This document shows, piece by piece, positions 19,529 to 32,246 of a stretch of DNA of 64,000 nucleotides (positions are counted from its first letter, which is position 1; each line of letters starts with the position of its first letter). The notes below the pieces were generated by a model that was not told where the DNA came from, searched no databases, and saw only the letters and a list, made by a program, of their open reading frames with translations. Source of the stretch: Thermoplasmatota archaeon (GTDB taxonomy: Archaea; Thermoplasmatota; Thermoplasmata; Halarchaeoplasmatales; Halarchaeoplasmataceae); NCBI GenBank assembly GCA_036626005.1, contig JAZKSP010000001.1, forward strand, positions 1,344-65,343, read 5' to 3'. The position numbers were made by a program, and so were the translations under genes.

Positions 19529-22500
19529 ATGGACGATGAAAAAATTGCGAAGACCTTCTCGAAAGGAGCAAATGAAGAGGATCTTGCATCACCCGAGATC
19601 GAAGAGATCGATGAATTGGAAGAACGTATCAAAGAGTTGAATTGCTTTTATAAGATCTCCGAAATTGTAAATGACGCCTCTCTTTCACTAGATGAAGCTT
19701 TACAAAAAATCGTCGAAGTCATCCCTCCGTCCTGGCAGTATCCAGATATTGCTTCGGCCAGAATAAAAATCAGAGAAAAAGAATATACTACAGAGGATTT
19801 TGAAAAAACGGAATGGAAGCAGAGGAGTGATATAACAGTAAAGAGCGAAAAGATCGGCGAGATAAACGTTGTTTACCACGAAGAGAGACCTGAGAAGGAT
19901 GATGGTCCCTTTTTGAAGGAGGAGAGACGCTTGCTCGATACTTTAGCTGATCTTTTAGCTAATTTCGTTCAAGAGGAAACCGGAGGTCGGTTATCTAGGA
20001 AGGAACTGGTATCCGAATCTCCTGAAGAGGAGAAAAAGGATTGGGAGGTCATAATCGATCTTCTTATGCAGACGGACCCTAGGACTTTACTTAGGATAAC
20101 AAGGAAGATGGTGTATTATCTTTATAGAAATGAGAACGAGAGAGTGCAATCTCTCCTTGATGATGTGTGTCCCGCTGACGGGAGCGAAGAAGCTCCAAAA
20201 TGGTGCGGTATAAATATGCCGAACCCAAAACAGGATATTGACTCTTTAAGAGAGGTCCAGAGGGAAGTATTTCAGATCGCTAAGGAAGATCTAGACCCCG
20301 AACGGATATCAGATCTCTTCCACAGATGGTTGAAAGAGGATAAGGCCCGCCCATTGTTGATAGCATCACAAAGAAGAGGCACCCCCCTGGTAGAGATCAA
20401 GGAAGAATTGAATAGGTTTTTCAGAAAACCGGAGTCTGAGAAGGTACTTTCTGACGAGGATAAAATGAGCATACGGACCGAGCTAATCCAGCGATTTTTT
20501 ACTGATAGATTGGATTTTGTGAATGTCGCTAAGAAATATATCAAGGTGGACGATTACGAGCCCTTGATTCAGAAGATAGTGGGGCCGGCTCGTGGTGCAG
20601 GTAAATTAGGAGGCAAAGCTTCAGGAGCTTACCTTGCTCATAAGATCATACAGGAAGAATTCGATGATGAGTTCACAAAAGAAATAGGATTCCCCAAAAG
20701 TTGGTACATAACCTCAGATACACTTATGGACCTGATCCATTATAATGATCTTGACGAACTTATCCATGTCAAATATTTAGATCCGGATGAAATCAGGCAT
20801 GAAGAGCCGTTTTTGGAACAATTGATGAAAAATGCAATGTTCCCCTCAGAGATAGTGGAAGGGCTAAAGAAGATTCTAAGGGATTTAGAGGGAAAACCGA
20901 TTATTGTCAGATCTTCTAGTCTCCTAGAGGATAACTTCGGCGCGGCTTTTTCCGGCAAATACAAGAGCCTTTTCCTTCCCAATAAAGGGAGTGAAGAGGA
21001 AAGGTTGGAGGAATTAATGAACGCTATCGCCGAGGTCTATGCATCTACTTTCTCAGCTGATCCTATAGAATATCGAAGGGAACGTGGTCTTTTGGACTTC
21101 AGTGAGGAAATGGGTATCCTGATCCAGGAGGTTGTCGGTACAGAGATTGGAAACTACTATCTTCCTACTTATGGAGGTGTGGCATTCAGTAAGAACGAGT
21201 TCAGATGGTCCCCTAGAATTGGGAGAGACGATGGAGTCATCAGGATAGTCCCCGGGCTCGCTACCAGAGCTGTAGATAGGATCGGAGATGATTATCCCAT
21301 ACTCGCTTCTCCTAACAGACCTAATTTACGGGTAAATTCGACTGTAGAAGAACGGGTTAGATACTCTCCGAGATATATGGACGTGATCAACCTAGAAACA
21401 GAACAGATGGAAACCGTTGAAGTAGATAACTTCCTTCAGGAGCACGCCAATGAGTTTCCCAATCTAGAAAAAATGGTTTCCTTGTATGAAAACGGGAATC
21501 TAAAGACACCTTCAGGAGTGATACTCAGTCCTGAAAAGGAGGATATGGTTGTTACCTTCTCTAAACTTTTCGATAAAACTGATTTCCTCCCCAAGATGAA
21601 TCAGATATTGAGAAAACTTGAAGAAAAAATAGGTTATCCAGTAGACGTCGAATTTGCTTTTGACGGTGAAAAACTTTATATTGTCCAGTGTAGACCTCAG
21701 AGTCAGGCTTTGGATAGAGAGAGAGTGAAGATACCAAGGGACATAAAAGAAAATAGAAAGTTATTCTCTGCGAATAAATACGTTACTACAGGCAATTTAG
21801 AAAACCTTGAGTATATTGTTTATGTGGTCCCCGGGGAGTACTCGAAACTTGAGAGCAGAGAAAAAATGCAGCAAACAGCTCAGATTGTAGGTGAACTAAA
21901 CAAAGAGTTACCAGAGCAAAAATTCATCCTCATGGGCCCCGGCAGATGGGGAAGTCGAGGAGACATCAAACTTGGAGTTCCGGTGAAATATAGAGAGATA
22001 AACAATACCGCTTTGCTAGTAGAAGTCGCGAAGGAAAGAGGTGGTTATGAACCCGAACTATCTTTTGGTACACACTTTTTCCAAGATCTGGTTGAAGCAG
22101 ATATCAAATATTTACCTCTGTATCCTGAGGAGGAAGAGAATATCTGGAAAGAAGAGATGTTTTTCAGGTCGGAAAACAAATTAACGGACTTTCTGCCCAG
22201 ATATGAAGATTTCGAAGACGTGATCAGAGTGGTCGACGTGAGTGACATAAGTAAAGGCGGAACTCTCACGGTGACTATGGACGGCGAGGCAAATCAGGCC
22301 TTAGCCTATTTGGAACCTTCGGATCATTGGGAATGGAGGATGAAAAAAGTCAAACAGATGGCTAGGGAATTAGACCCGGAAGTGTATGATGTAGAAGCGC
22401 TTTACGTGGTGGGTAGTACGAAAGAAGCGACTGCAGGTCCTGAGAGCGATATAGATATAATAGTCCATTTTGATGGTGATGAAGAGCAAAAGGAGAAGCT

Positions 22501-22696
22501 TGATAATTGGTTCCAGAGATGGGATCAGAGGCTAATCCAGGAGAACGAGCAGCGGATCGGAAAAAGGCTCGATAGTATACTAGATGTTCATTACATCACG
22601 GCCGAAGATATAGAAGAGGAGAGTTCTTGGGCATCTCATATAACTTCAAGATATAAATCAGCTAGAAAAATACCTGTAGGCCGTGACCAAGAGTGA
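19529..22696 (+). CDS. PPDK_N ATP-grasp protein with N-terminal GAF-like and C-terminal nucleotidyltransferase domains
   Basis: LGGKASG, IVRSSSLLEDNF...FSGKY, VDVEFA, QCRP, GPGRWG, SFGTHFF. N-terminal ERIKELNCFY...PPSWQYP...GPFLKEE. C-terminal GSTKEATAGPESDIDII. Confidence 0.85.
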   Translation: MDDEKIAKTFSKGANEEDLASPEIEEIDELEERIKELNCFYKISEIVNDASLSLDEALQKIVEVIPPSWQYPDIASARIKIREKEYTTEDFEKTEWKQRSDITVKSEKIGEINVVYHEERPEKDDGPFLKEERRLLDTLADLLANFVQEETGGRLSRKELVSESPEEEKKDWEVIIDLLMQTDPRTLLRITRKMVYYLYRNENERVQSLLDDVCPADGSEEAPKWCGINMPNPKQDIDSLREVQREVFQIAKEDLDPERISDLFHRWLKEDKARPLLIASQRRGTPLVEIKEELNRFFRKPESEKVLSDEDKMSIRTELIQRFFTDRLDFVNVAKKYIKVDDYEPLIQKIVGPARGAGKLGGKASGAYLAHKIIQEEFDDEFTKEIGFPKSWYITSDTLMDLIHYNDLDELIHVKYLDPDEIRHEEPFLEQLMKNAMFPSEIVEGLKKILRDLEGKPIIVRSSSLLEDNFGAAFSGKYKSLFLPNKGSEEERLEELMNAIAEVYASTFSADPIEYRRERGLLDFSEEMGILIQEVVGTEIGNYYLPTYGGVAFSKNEFRWSPRIGRDDGVIRIVPGLATRAVDRIGDDYPILASPNRPNLRVNSTVEERVRYSPRYMDVINLETEQMETVEVDNFLQEHANEFPNLEKMVSLYENGNLKTPSGVILSPEKEDMVVTFSKLFDKTDFLPKMNQILRKLEEKIGYPVDVEFAFDGEKLYIVQCRPQSQALDRERVKIPRDIKENRKLFSANKYVTTGNLENLEYIVYVVPGEYSKLESREKMQQTAQIVGELNKELPEQKFILMGPGRWGSRGDIKLGVPVKYREINNTALLVEVAKERGGYEPELSFGTHFFQDLVEADIKYLPLYPEEEENIWKEEMFFRSENKLTDFLPRYEDFEDVIRVVDVSDISKGGTLTVTMDGEANQALAYLEPSDHWEWRMKKVKQMARELDPEVYDVEALYVVGSTKEATAGPESDIDIIVHFDGDEEQKEKLDNWFQRWDQRLIQENEQRIGKRLDSILDVHYITAEDIEEESSWASHITSRYKSARKIPVGRDQE

Positions 22697-22715
22697 GGTT
22701 AAAGTTATCAACTTC

Positions 22716-23573
22716 TTAGATCTCGACTAGTGTTCTGATCGAGTTTTCCAATACTTCAGTATCGAATCTAATGATGGACAGTTCAGACCCATTATGCACA
22801 CCAGTAAAAGAATGAGTTTCTCCGATCATCTCACTCCACTCGCCGGTGATATCTACTGTTTCATGGACATGGCCGTGGAGAGTAACGAGAGGTTGTTTTT
22901 CCTTTATGAACCTCTTGATCGCTATACTCCCAACATGGTTATCTATTGGGGCGTGATCTATCATTTTATCGTCAAGAGCTGCTCTGTCCAAGGAAGTATC
23001 GTAGGGGGGTGAGTGGAATAGGTAGATAGTCTTTTTTGGATGTGAGTTCTCTATCAGTTCCTCTAAGTCGTTTTCTATCGTAGAATATTTCTTTTCATAG
23101 TTTGATACATCGACTGTTCTTGTTCCTTTTTCCGGTGAAACCGCACCTATTCCCACGTATCTTGAAACGTCATATTTTTCCCAATCTTTGAGATGGAACG
23201 GTGTTGGAGGGACGAAGTTGTATCCTGTGACATGTAGATCTCTAAATCTTTTAGTAGATGCGTGAACATAATCAATGAGGTTTTTTTCGTCCATTTCTTT
23301 CAAAGCATTTTCGTATATTCTTGGATCATCATTACCCATTATCACAAATATCTCTAAATCCTCTACAGCACTTTTTACATTTTCAATCTGGTCGGATAAA
23401 AACCCTCTTAGAAATTCATCACCTTCAGTATCCACTTTCAATGATGATGGCAAGAGATCTCCTCCAAGAAATAGTCCGTCTGGAGATTCATCTTTTACGA
23501 TCTCGAACAACTTCCTGTATTTTTTCTTTTTTCCGTGAAGGTCTGAAGTAAAGATGCAGTTCAGAATTAACAC
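22716..23573 (-). CDS. Calcineurin-like metallophosphoesterase
   Basis: SDLHG, GGDL, MGNDD, FHSPP and HGHVHE motifs. The true start may be CTG at 23564. Confidence 0.9.
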   Translation of the reverse strand: MLILNCIFTSDLHGKKKKYRKLFEIVKDESPDGLFLGGDLLPSSLKVDTEGDEFLRGFLSDQIENVKSAVEDLEIFVIMGNDDPRIYENALKEMDEKNLIDYVHASTKRFRDLHVTGYNFVPPTPFHLKDWEKYDVSRYVGIGAVSPEKGTRTVDVSNYEKKYSTIENDLEELIENSHPKKTIYLFHSPPYDTSLDRAALDDKMIDHAPIDNHVGSIAIKRFIKEKQPLVTLHGHVHETVDITGEWSEMIGETHSFTGVHNGSELSIIRFDTEVLENSIRTLVEI

Positions 23574-23625
23574 CGAGATTTATTGACATATAGATTTACC
23601 TCTACTTTTAGTTTTTTATGACTTC

Positions 23626-23640
23626 TTCCTTAAGTTATGA
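23626..23640. promoter_or_regulatory. 15-bp sequence shared with 25955-25969 (candidate promoter/operator)
   Basis: TTCCTTAAGTTATGA is identical in two intergenic regions, each ~50 bp upstream of a minus-strand gene. Confidence 0.5.
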
Positions 23641-23775
23641 TATGTGAAATGGCCGATCATTTTTAGATATTGATGTACAATTTGGGTCAGAAAAGAAAAA
23701 GTCCTTCCCAATTCCCTCTACGAAATACTTAAATTAGTAAGGTAAATCATCTAATCCCTGTTTACAAAAAAGTAA

Positions 23776-25140
<1,365 letters not shown>

Positions 25141-25356
25141 ATACAAACCAAAGATAAAAACTCTTAATCCTATCTAAACCCTTTTTCCTTAATTTTTTCA
25201 GAAAGGTATATCTTGGAAATTTCCTCATAAACCATTTTTAAGAATTAGGTAAGTCGGAAAATTTTCACTAGTATTTTTCACTTATACAATCAGTGTGAAG
25301 TATGAGAATATATCAATTGTATATTCATTTCCACATATCAAAAATTTACCGACTTT

Positions 25357-25908
25357 CTATGACTTCACATTTAATCTGATCTTGTGTTTGTTCATCTCAA
25401 TGTCAGCTGAAATATTTGAGTTCTCTATATATCCTTCTAGAAATATTTTTAAATATTCTGCCATATCTGGTATCATCGGAATAATAGTGAAGTTATCTTC
25501 TGATTCTACGATCAATCTAAATAGATTCGTTTTTTCCAACCGATTTAGGCATTTCATGGGTTCCGCTATTCCCTTCTTACAGTAACTCAAATAGAATTCG
25601 CCGCCGATTTTCTTTAATTCTTCTTTCAGTTTCTCTGAGGGTTCACCTATTTCCTGTAAAAATGCCTGAAAAATTCCTATATCGAACAGAAGGTTGTCCG
25701 GTCTCATCCGTAGATCCAATATCGTTTCTAGTTCCTCTGGGGAGAGATTTTCTTTGTCTAAGACCACCTCTAAATACCCGAGCGCTCTGCGAACAACTTC
25801 TGATTTTGAAGTCCTAAGTTCGGATTCGATATCTTCCAACCTATCTAAACTTTCAGGATCCAGATTGACCGTCACTCTTTCGTTAGTCTTCTTTTCTTTT
25901 GGAGGCAT
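25357..25908 (-). CDS. CopG/ribbon-helix-helix regulator with C-terminal V4R-like domain
   Basis: ERVTVNLD...SKSEVVRRAL is an RHH pattern. The C-terminal domain call is tentative. Confidence 0.75.
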   Translation of the reverse strand: MPPKEKKTNERVTVNLDPESLDRLEDIESELRTSKSEVVRRALGYLEVVLDKENLSPEELETILDLRMRPDNLLFDIGIFQAFLQEIGEPSEKLKEELKKIGGEFYLSYCKKGIAEPMKCLNRLEKTNLFRLIVESEDNFTIIPMIPDMAEYLKIFLEGYIENSNISADIEMNKHKIRLNVKS

Positions 25909-25954
25909 AATAAACCCTACTACTTAATTCGAGGATAGGCCCTTATTTATTCTT

Positions 25955-25969
25955 TTCCTTAAGTTATGA
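25955..25969. promoter_or_regulatory. Second copy of the 15-bp element, upstream of the RHH regulator
   Basis: TTCCTTAAGTTATGA. Confidence 0.5.
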
Positions 25970-26103
25970 AATATCTGCTTTTTTAGTCTTTATTAATAAA
26001 TATGTTAAAAAGGTCTTCATATTTTTGAAAATAGTTAGACTTTCAACAGGTATAACAACGGGTATAAAAAAGAATAAAATTTTAGGAGCATTCTTTAACT
26101 GTA

Positions 26104-28331
<2,228 letters not shown>

Positions 28332-28450
28332 ACAGGGACCTCAGTCCTCTACCTGATTACCCTATTAAAAATTTTATGTAGATTTAAACGAGATTAACAA
28401 TAAATATTAAAGAAAAATATTTCTTTCATGCAGTTCTATTCCTCTTCTTT

Positions 28451-28852
28451 CTAAATTGTGCCTTCATCTCCATAGACAGTAATCGGAATCGACCCAGAAT
28501 ACTCGCCGATTTCGACCTCTGAATGCACTTTCAACTGGAATAGTGCCATACATTTTTCTCCAACGTTCAGTGACCCTCCTAGATAATTCTCGGACATTGA
28601 ACGCCATCCATCAGAATCAATAACACCGTGCCCCACGTATATCTTGTGAAGGTATCTTTCTCCGGTGTTCTTTAACCAGAACCACTTATTTTTTTCTTCC
28701 CCGGGCCTGACAGGTCCAAAATTGATATTTTTTACTTCTCGATAACATTTTTCGTCTTCATAGACCGATAGTTTAAAATCGCTCTTTGAATTCTCTTCTG
28801 AAACCCCTCTAAATTCTTTTTTTATCTCCAATCTATCGACCCCATATATCAC
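28451..28852 (-). CDS. Hypothetical protein, possible Ig-like beta-sandwich
   Basis: INFGPVRPGEEKNKWFWLKNTG pattern. Start uncertain. Confidence 0.5.
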   Translation of the reverse strand: MIYGVDRLEIKKEFRGVSEENSKSDFKLSVYEDEKCYREVKNINFGPVRPGEEKNKWFWLKNTGERYLHKIYVGHGVIDSDGWRSMSENYLGGSLNVGEKCMALFQLKVHSEVEIGEYSGSIPITVYGDEGTI

Positions 28853-28914
28853 TAGACAAGGTTGAAGAGATATTTCTTTGTTCCATTAATAACGTAGTCC
28901 TGATACTAAAAGTT

Positions 28915-28947
28915 TTGTGATAAATTATGATAAATTATGAAAAATTA
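28915..28947. repeat. 10-bp tandem repeat in the divergent promoter region
   Basis: TTGTGA-TAAATTATGA-TAAATTATGA-AAAATTA. Confidence 0.7.
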
Positions 28948-29066
28948 AACACAATATGAATTATGCGTATATTAACCTCTATTTGAAGTTTATTTTCGTA
29001 CTTTGAAGTTTTTTTAATAACAGATTTTAAATAAAAAAACTAATTAGTAGGTAGTAGGTAGAAAAA

Positions 29067-29426
29067 ATGGAATTGGAATGCAAAAGTTGCGGATATGAGT
29101 GGGACTATCAAGGCGAGAGCGATTTTTACGCCACTTGTCCAAACTGCCATTACAAGGTGAAGATATCGGCTAAAGCTGAAGTCGTGAAACCTGATTTTGA
29201 GATCGACCGATTCAATGAGGAAGAAAACGTCCTTCTCAACGAATTGGCTGCCTGTCAAGGTCCGGAGGACTTTAAAAAGGTCTGTTCTAAGTACGAACAG
29301 CAGGAATTCAATGCGATGAAGAAGAAAATCAAAGATAAAGTCCAAAAGATGAGAGAAGACTTGAATAAATTCGAGAGAGCGGAAGACATTCTTGAAGGGT
29401 CCGATTGGCAGTATCCCGAGTTATAG
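29067..29426 (+). CDS. Small zinc-ribbon + helical protein (paralog 1)
   Basis: [16 protein letters not shown]...YATCPNC followed by a helical/coiled C-terminus. Confidence 0.85.
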   Translation: MELECKSCGYEWDYQGESDFYATCPNCHYKVKISAKAEVVKPDFEIDRFNEEENVLLNELAACQGPEDFKKVCSKYEQQEFNAMKKKIKDKVQKMREDLNKFERAEDILEGSDWQYPEL

Positions 29427-29445
29427 GTAATTTCCAGGTGATCGG

Positions 29446-29883
29446 ATGGAGCTGGAATGCAACAGTTGTGGATATGAATGGGATTACCAGGGCAAAAGCG
29501 ATTATTACGCAACTTGTCCGAACTGCCAATATAAAGTGAAAATAGAGGCGAATGCCGAAGTCGTCGAACCAGAAGGAAAAGAAGAGGAACCTGAAGGAGA
29601 TGTTAAGGCAGAATTTGGAATGCCGGCGAAGGCAGAAGTCGTCCCATCAGGAGCGGGAACTACTAGATTCAGTGAAAAGGAAGAGATGTTTTTAGAACAG
29701 ATCGCTGAAGTTGACGATTCCGATGAGATATATGAAATTTTTTCCACATATGACCAGGAAGAATTCAACACGCTCAGGAAAAAAGTAAAAGATAAAGCCA
29801 CTAGGCTTCGAAATGATCTGAAAAAATACGAGGAAATTGAAAATCTTTTAGAGGAAAAAGAATGGGAATATTCTGATCGATAA
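29446..29883 (+). CDS. Small zinc-ribbon + helical protein (paralog 2)
   Basis: [16 protein letters not shown]...YATCPNC. C-terminus aligns with paralog 1. AGGTGA SD. Confidence 0.85.
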   Translation: MELECNSCGYEWDYQGKSDYYATCPNCQYKVKIEANAEVVEPEGKEEEPEGDVKAEFGMPAKAEVVPSGAGTTRFSEKEEMFLEQIAEVDDSDEIYEIFSTYDQEEFNTLRKKVKDKATRLRNDLKKYEEIENLLEEKEWEYSDR

Positions 29884-29907
29884 ACTGAGATTTAAAAAGG
29901 TGTTAAA

Positions 29908-30492
29908 ATGGAATTAGAATGTGAAAATTGTGGATATGAATGGGATTATCAGGGCGAAGTTGAAGAGTACGCAGTATGCCCGGAATGTGATTATGAGATG
30001 GAGATACCGGCGGAAGCCGAAGTCATCGCACCCGAGAGAGATATAGAGAGTATTCTTGAACAATACTCTCAAGATCCGAGTTCTCTCATACCGATACTTC
30101 AGGAGACTCAGGAACAGTACGGTTATCTCCCTAGAGACGTCATCGAAAGCATAGCTGAATATTTAGAACTGCCTGTTAGCAAGATTTACGGGGTCGCTAC
30201 TTTTTATGCGCAGTTCAGGTTCGAACCCCAGGGCGAACATGTCGTTAGGATCTGCCACGGTACCGCCTGCCATGTTCAGGGGGCTGAAGGGATAACTGAT
30301 GCGGTCGAAGATACATTGGACATAGATACCGGAGAGACTACAGATGACGGGATTTTCACGTTGGAAAGAGTAGCCTGTCTAGGATGCTGCAGTCTAGCAC
30401 CAGTTATTATGGTCAACGATACTGCCCATGGGAACTTGACAAGAGAGAAAGCTAAGGAGGTCCTCGAAAAATACAGGGGGAATAACACGTGA
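29908..30492 (+). CDS. NuoE/HydC-like 2Fe-2S subunit with an N-terminal zinc ribbon
   Basis: [40 protein letters not shown]. Confidence 0.92.
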   Translation: MELECENCGYEWDYQGEVEEYAVCPECDYEMEIPAEAEVIAPERDIESILEQYSQDPSSLIPILQETQEQYGYLPRDVIESIAEYLELPVSKIYGVATFYAQFRFEPQGEHVVRICHGTACHVQGAEGITDAVEDTLDIDTGETTDDGIFTLERVACLGCCSLAPVIMVNDTAHGNLTREKAKEVLEKYRGNNT

Positions 30493-32246
30493 GTTCTGAA
30501 AGGAGAATTAAAGTAGGATATGCTTCCTGCGGTATAGCAGCGGGCGCTAGCGAGATCTACGATGAGTTGATGGACCGATTGAAGGGAAAAGATGTTGATA
30601 CACGTGTGGACAAAGTTGGATGTATAGGGATGTGTCACAACGAACCCATAGTCGAGATAGACGATGAAGACGGAAGATACACTTATGGAAATCTTGAAGT
30701 TGAAGACGTTGAGAACCTTGTCGAAGATCATCTCGTCGAAAACGTCCCTTATGAAGATAAGCTTATAACCGGACCGGACGAAGAATATGATTATTTTTCC
30801 AATCAAAAGAAAGTTGTACTTAGAAACAGCGGAGAGATAGATCCCGAAAGTATAGAAGAATACATCGATACCGGCGGATACGAAGGTTTGAAGAAGGCCC
30901 TAGACATGGAATCCAAAGAGATAATAGATACCATAAAAGAAAGCGATCTTCGAGGAAGAGGCGGAGCCGGATTTCCTACAGGCGTTAAATGGCAGTTCGC
31001 TAAAGACGCTGACGGAGATGAAAAATACCTGATCTGTAACGCTGACGAAGGAGATCCAGGCGCTTTCATGGACCGTTCCGTTCTAGAGGGGGATCCTCAT
31101 GCTGTTTTGGAAGGTATGATAATCGGAGCTTACGCAACTGGAGCGAGTAAAGGTTACATATACTGCAGAGCTGAATATCCTGTAGCGTTAGAGAGACTTC
31201 AGATAGGTATAGAAAAAGCGAGAGAGAAAGGTTTCCTAGGTGAAGATATCCTAGGAAGTGGTTTTTCTTTCGATATTGAGATCAAAGAAGGCGCTGGGGC
31301 TTTCGTTTGCGGTGAAGAGACTGCTCTGATGCATTCGATAGAAGGAGAAAGAGGCATGCCCCGACCGAGACCCCCGTTCCCGGCTCAGGAAGGACTTTTC
31401 GATAAACCTACCAACATAAACAACGTAGAGACCTGGGCAAACGTTCCGTGGATATTGAGAAATGGAGCTGAAGAGTTCAGTTCTATAGGAACTGATGAAA
31501 GCGGTGGAACAAAAGTTTTCGCGCTTGCCGGAAAGGTGAAAAGAGGCGGTTTAGTCGAGGTCCCGATTGGAACGACTCTAAGAGAAGTTATATTCGATGT
31601 AGGCGCAGGGATCGAAGAAGACAAGGAGTTCAAGGCAGTCCAATTAGGCGGTCCTTCAGGTGGATGTCTCCCTAAAGAATATTTGGACACGCCGGTAGAT
31701 TACGAAACTTTAACCGATGCTGGGGCTATAATGGGTTCCGGTGGGATGGTAGTGATGAATGAAGATGACTGTATGGTCAATGTAGCTCAGTACTTCCTAG
31801 ATTTCACTCAGGAGGAATCCTGCGGTAAATGTACCTTCTGCAGAGTCGGTACAAAACGCCTACTAGAGATGTTGGATAGATTCTCCAAAGGAAAAGGCAG
31901 CTCTGAAGATATCGAAAAGTTGAAGGAGATGGCCGATAAGATAAATAAACACTCTCTCTGTGGACTCGGACAGACCGCCCCAAATCCAGTTTTGACCACT
32001 CTTAGATACTTTGAAGATGAGTACGAATCTCACCTGGAAGAACAGACCTGCGAAGCTGGTGTATGCAGGGACCTAATCACTTACACGATAATGGATAGCT
32101 GTATAAGTTGCGGTACCTGTGCGGAAGAGTGTCCATCTGATGCTATATCAGAGGGTGAAAACAAATATGTTATCGATCAAGAGACCTGTATCACATGTGG
32201 AGCGTGTGAAGAAGCCTGCCCCGTAGATGCAATCGAGGTGGAATAG
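30489..32246 (+). CDS. NuoF/HydB-like FMN/NADH subunit (Bfu family B subunit)
   Basis: N-terminal 2Fe-2[39 protein letters not shown]-terminal 2x[4Fe-4S]. Confidence 0.93.
   Translation: MSSERRIKVGYASCGIAAGASEIYDELMDRLKGKDVDTRVDKVGCIGMCHNEPIVEIDDEDGRYTYGNLEVEDVENLVEDHLVENVPYEDKLITGPDEEYDYFSNQKKVVLRNSGEIDPESIEEYIDTGGYEGLKKALDMESKEIIDTIKESDLRGRGGAGFPTGVKWQFAKDADGDEKYLICNADEGDPGAFMDRSVLEGDPHAVLEGMIIGAYATGASKGYIYCRAEYPVALERLQIGIEKAREKGFLGEDILGSGFSFDIEIKEGAGAFVCGEETALMHSIEGERGMPRPRPPFPAQEGLFDKPTNINNVETWANVPWILRNGAEEFSSIGTDESGGTKVFALAGKVKRGGLVEVPIGTTLREVIFDVGAGIEEDKEFKAVQLGGPSGGCLPKEYLDTPVDYETLTDAGAIMGSGGMVVMNEDDCMVNVAQYFLDFTQEESCGKCTFCRVGTKRLLEMLDRFSKGKGSSEDIEKLKEMADKINKHSLCGLGQTAPNPVLTTLRYFEDEYESHLEEQTCEAGVCRDLITYTIMDSCISCGTCAEECPSDAISEGENKYVIDQETCITCGACEEACPVDAIEVE

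Noticed and set aside
16482..22696. Genuine PEP synthase / pyruvate phosphate dikinase
   Set aside because: Both lack the canonical TSHAAI phospho-His motif and the C-terminal pyruvate-binding barrel.
29067..30027. Three similar ~120-bp repeats as a CRISPR array or diversity-generating retroelement
   Set aside because: They are coding, differ largely at synonymous sites, show no A-specific variation, and no RT or cas gene is present.
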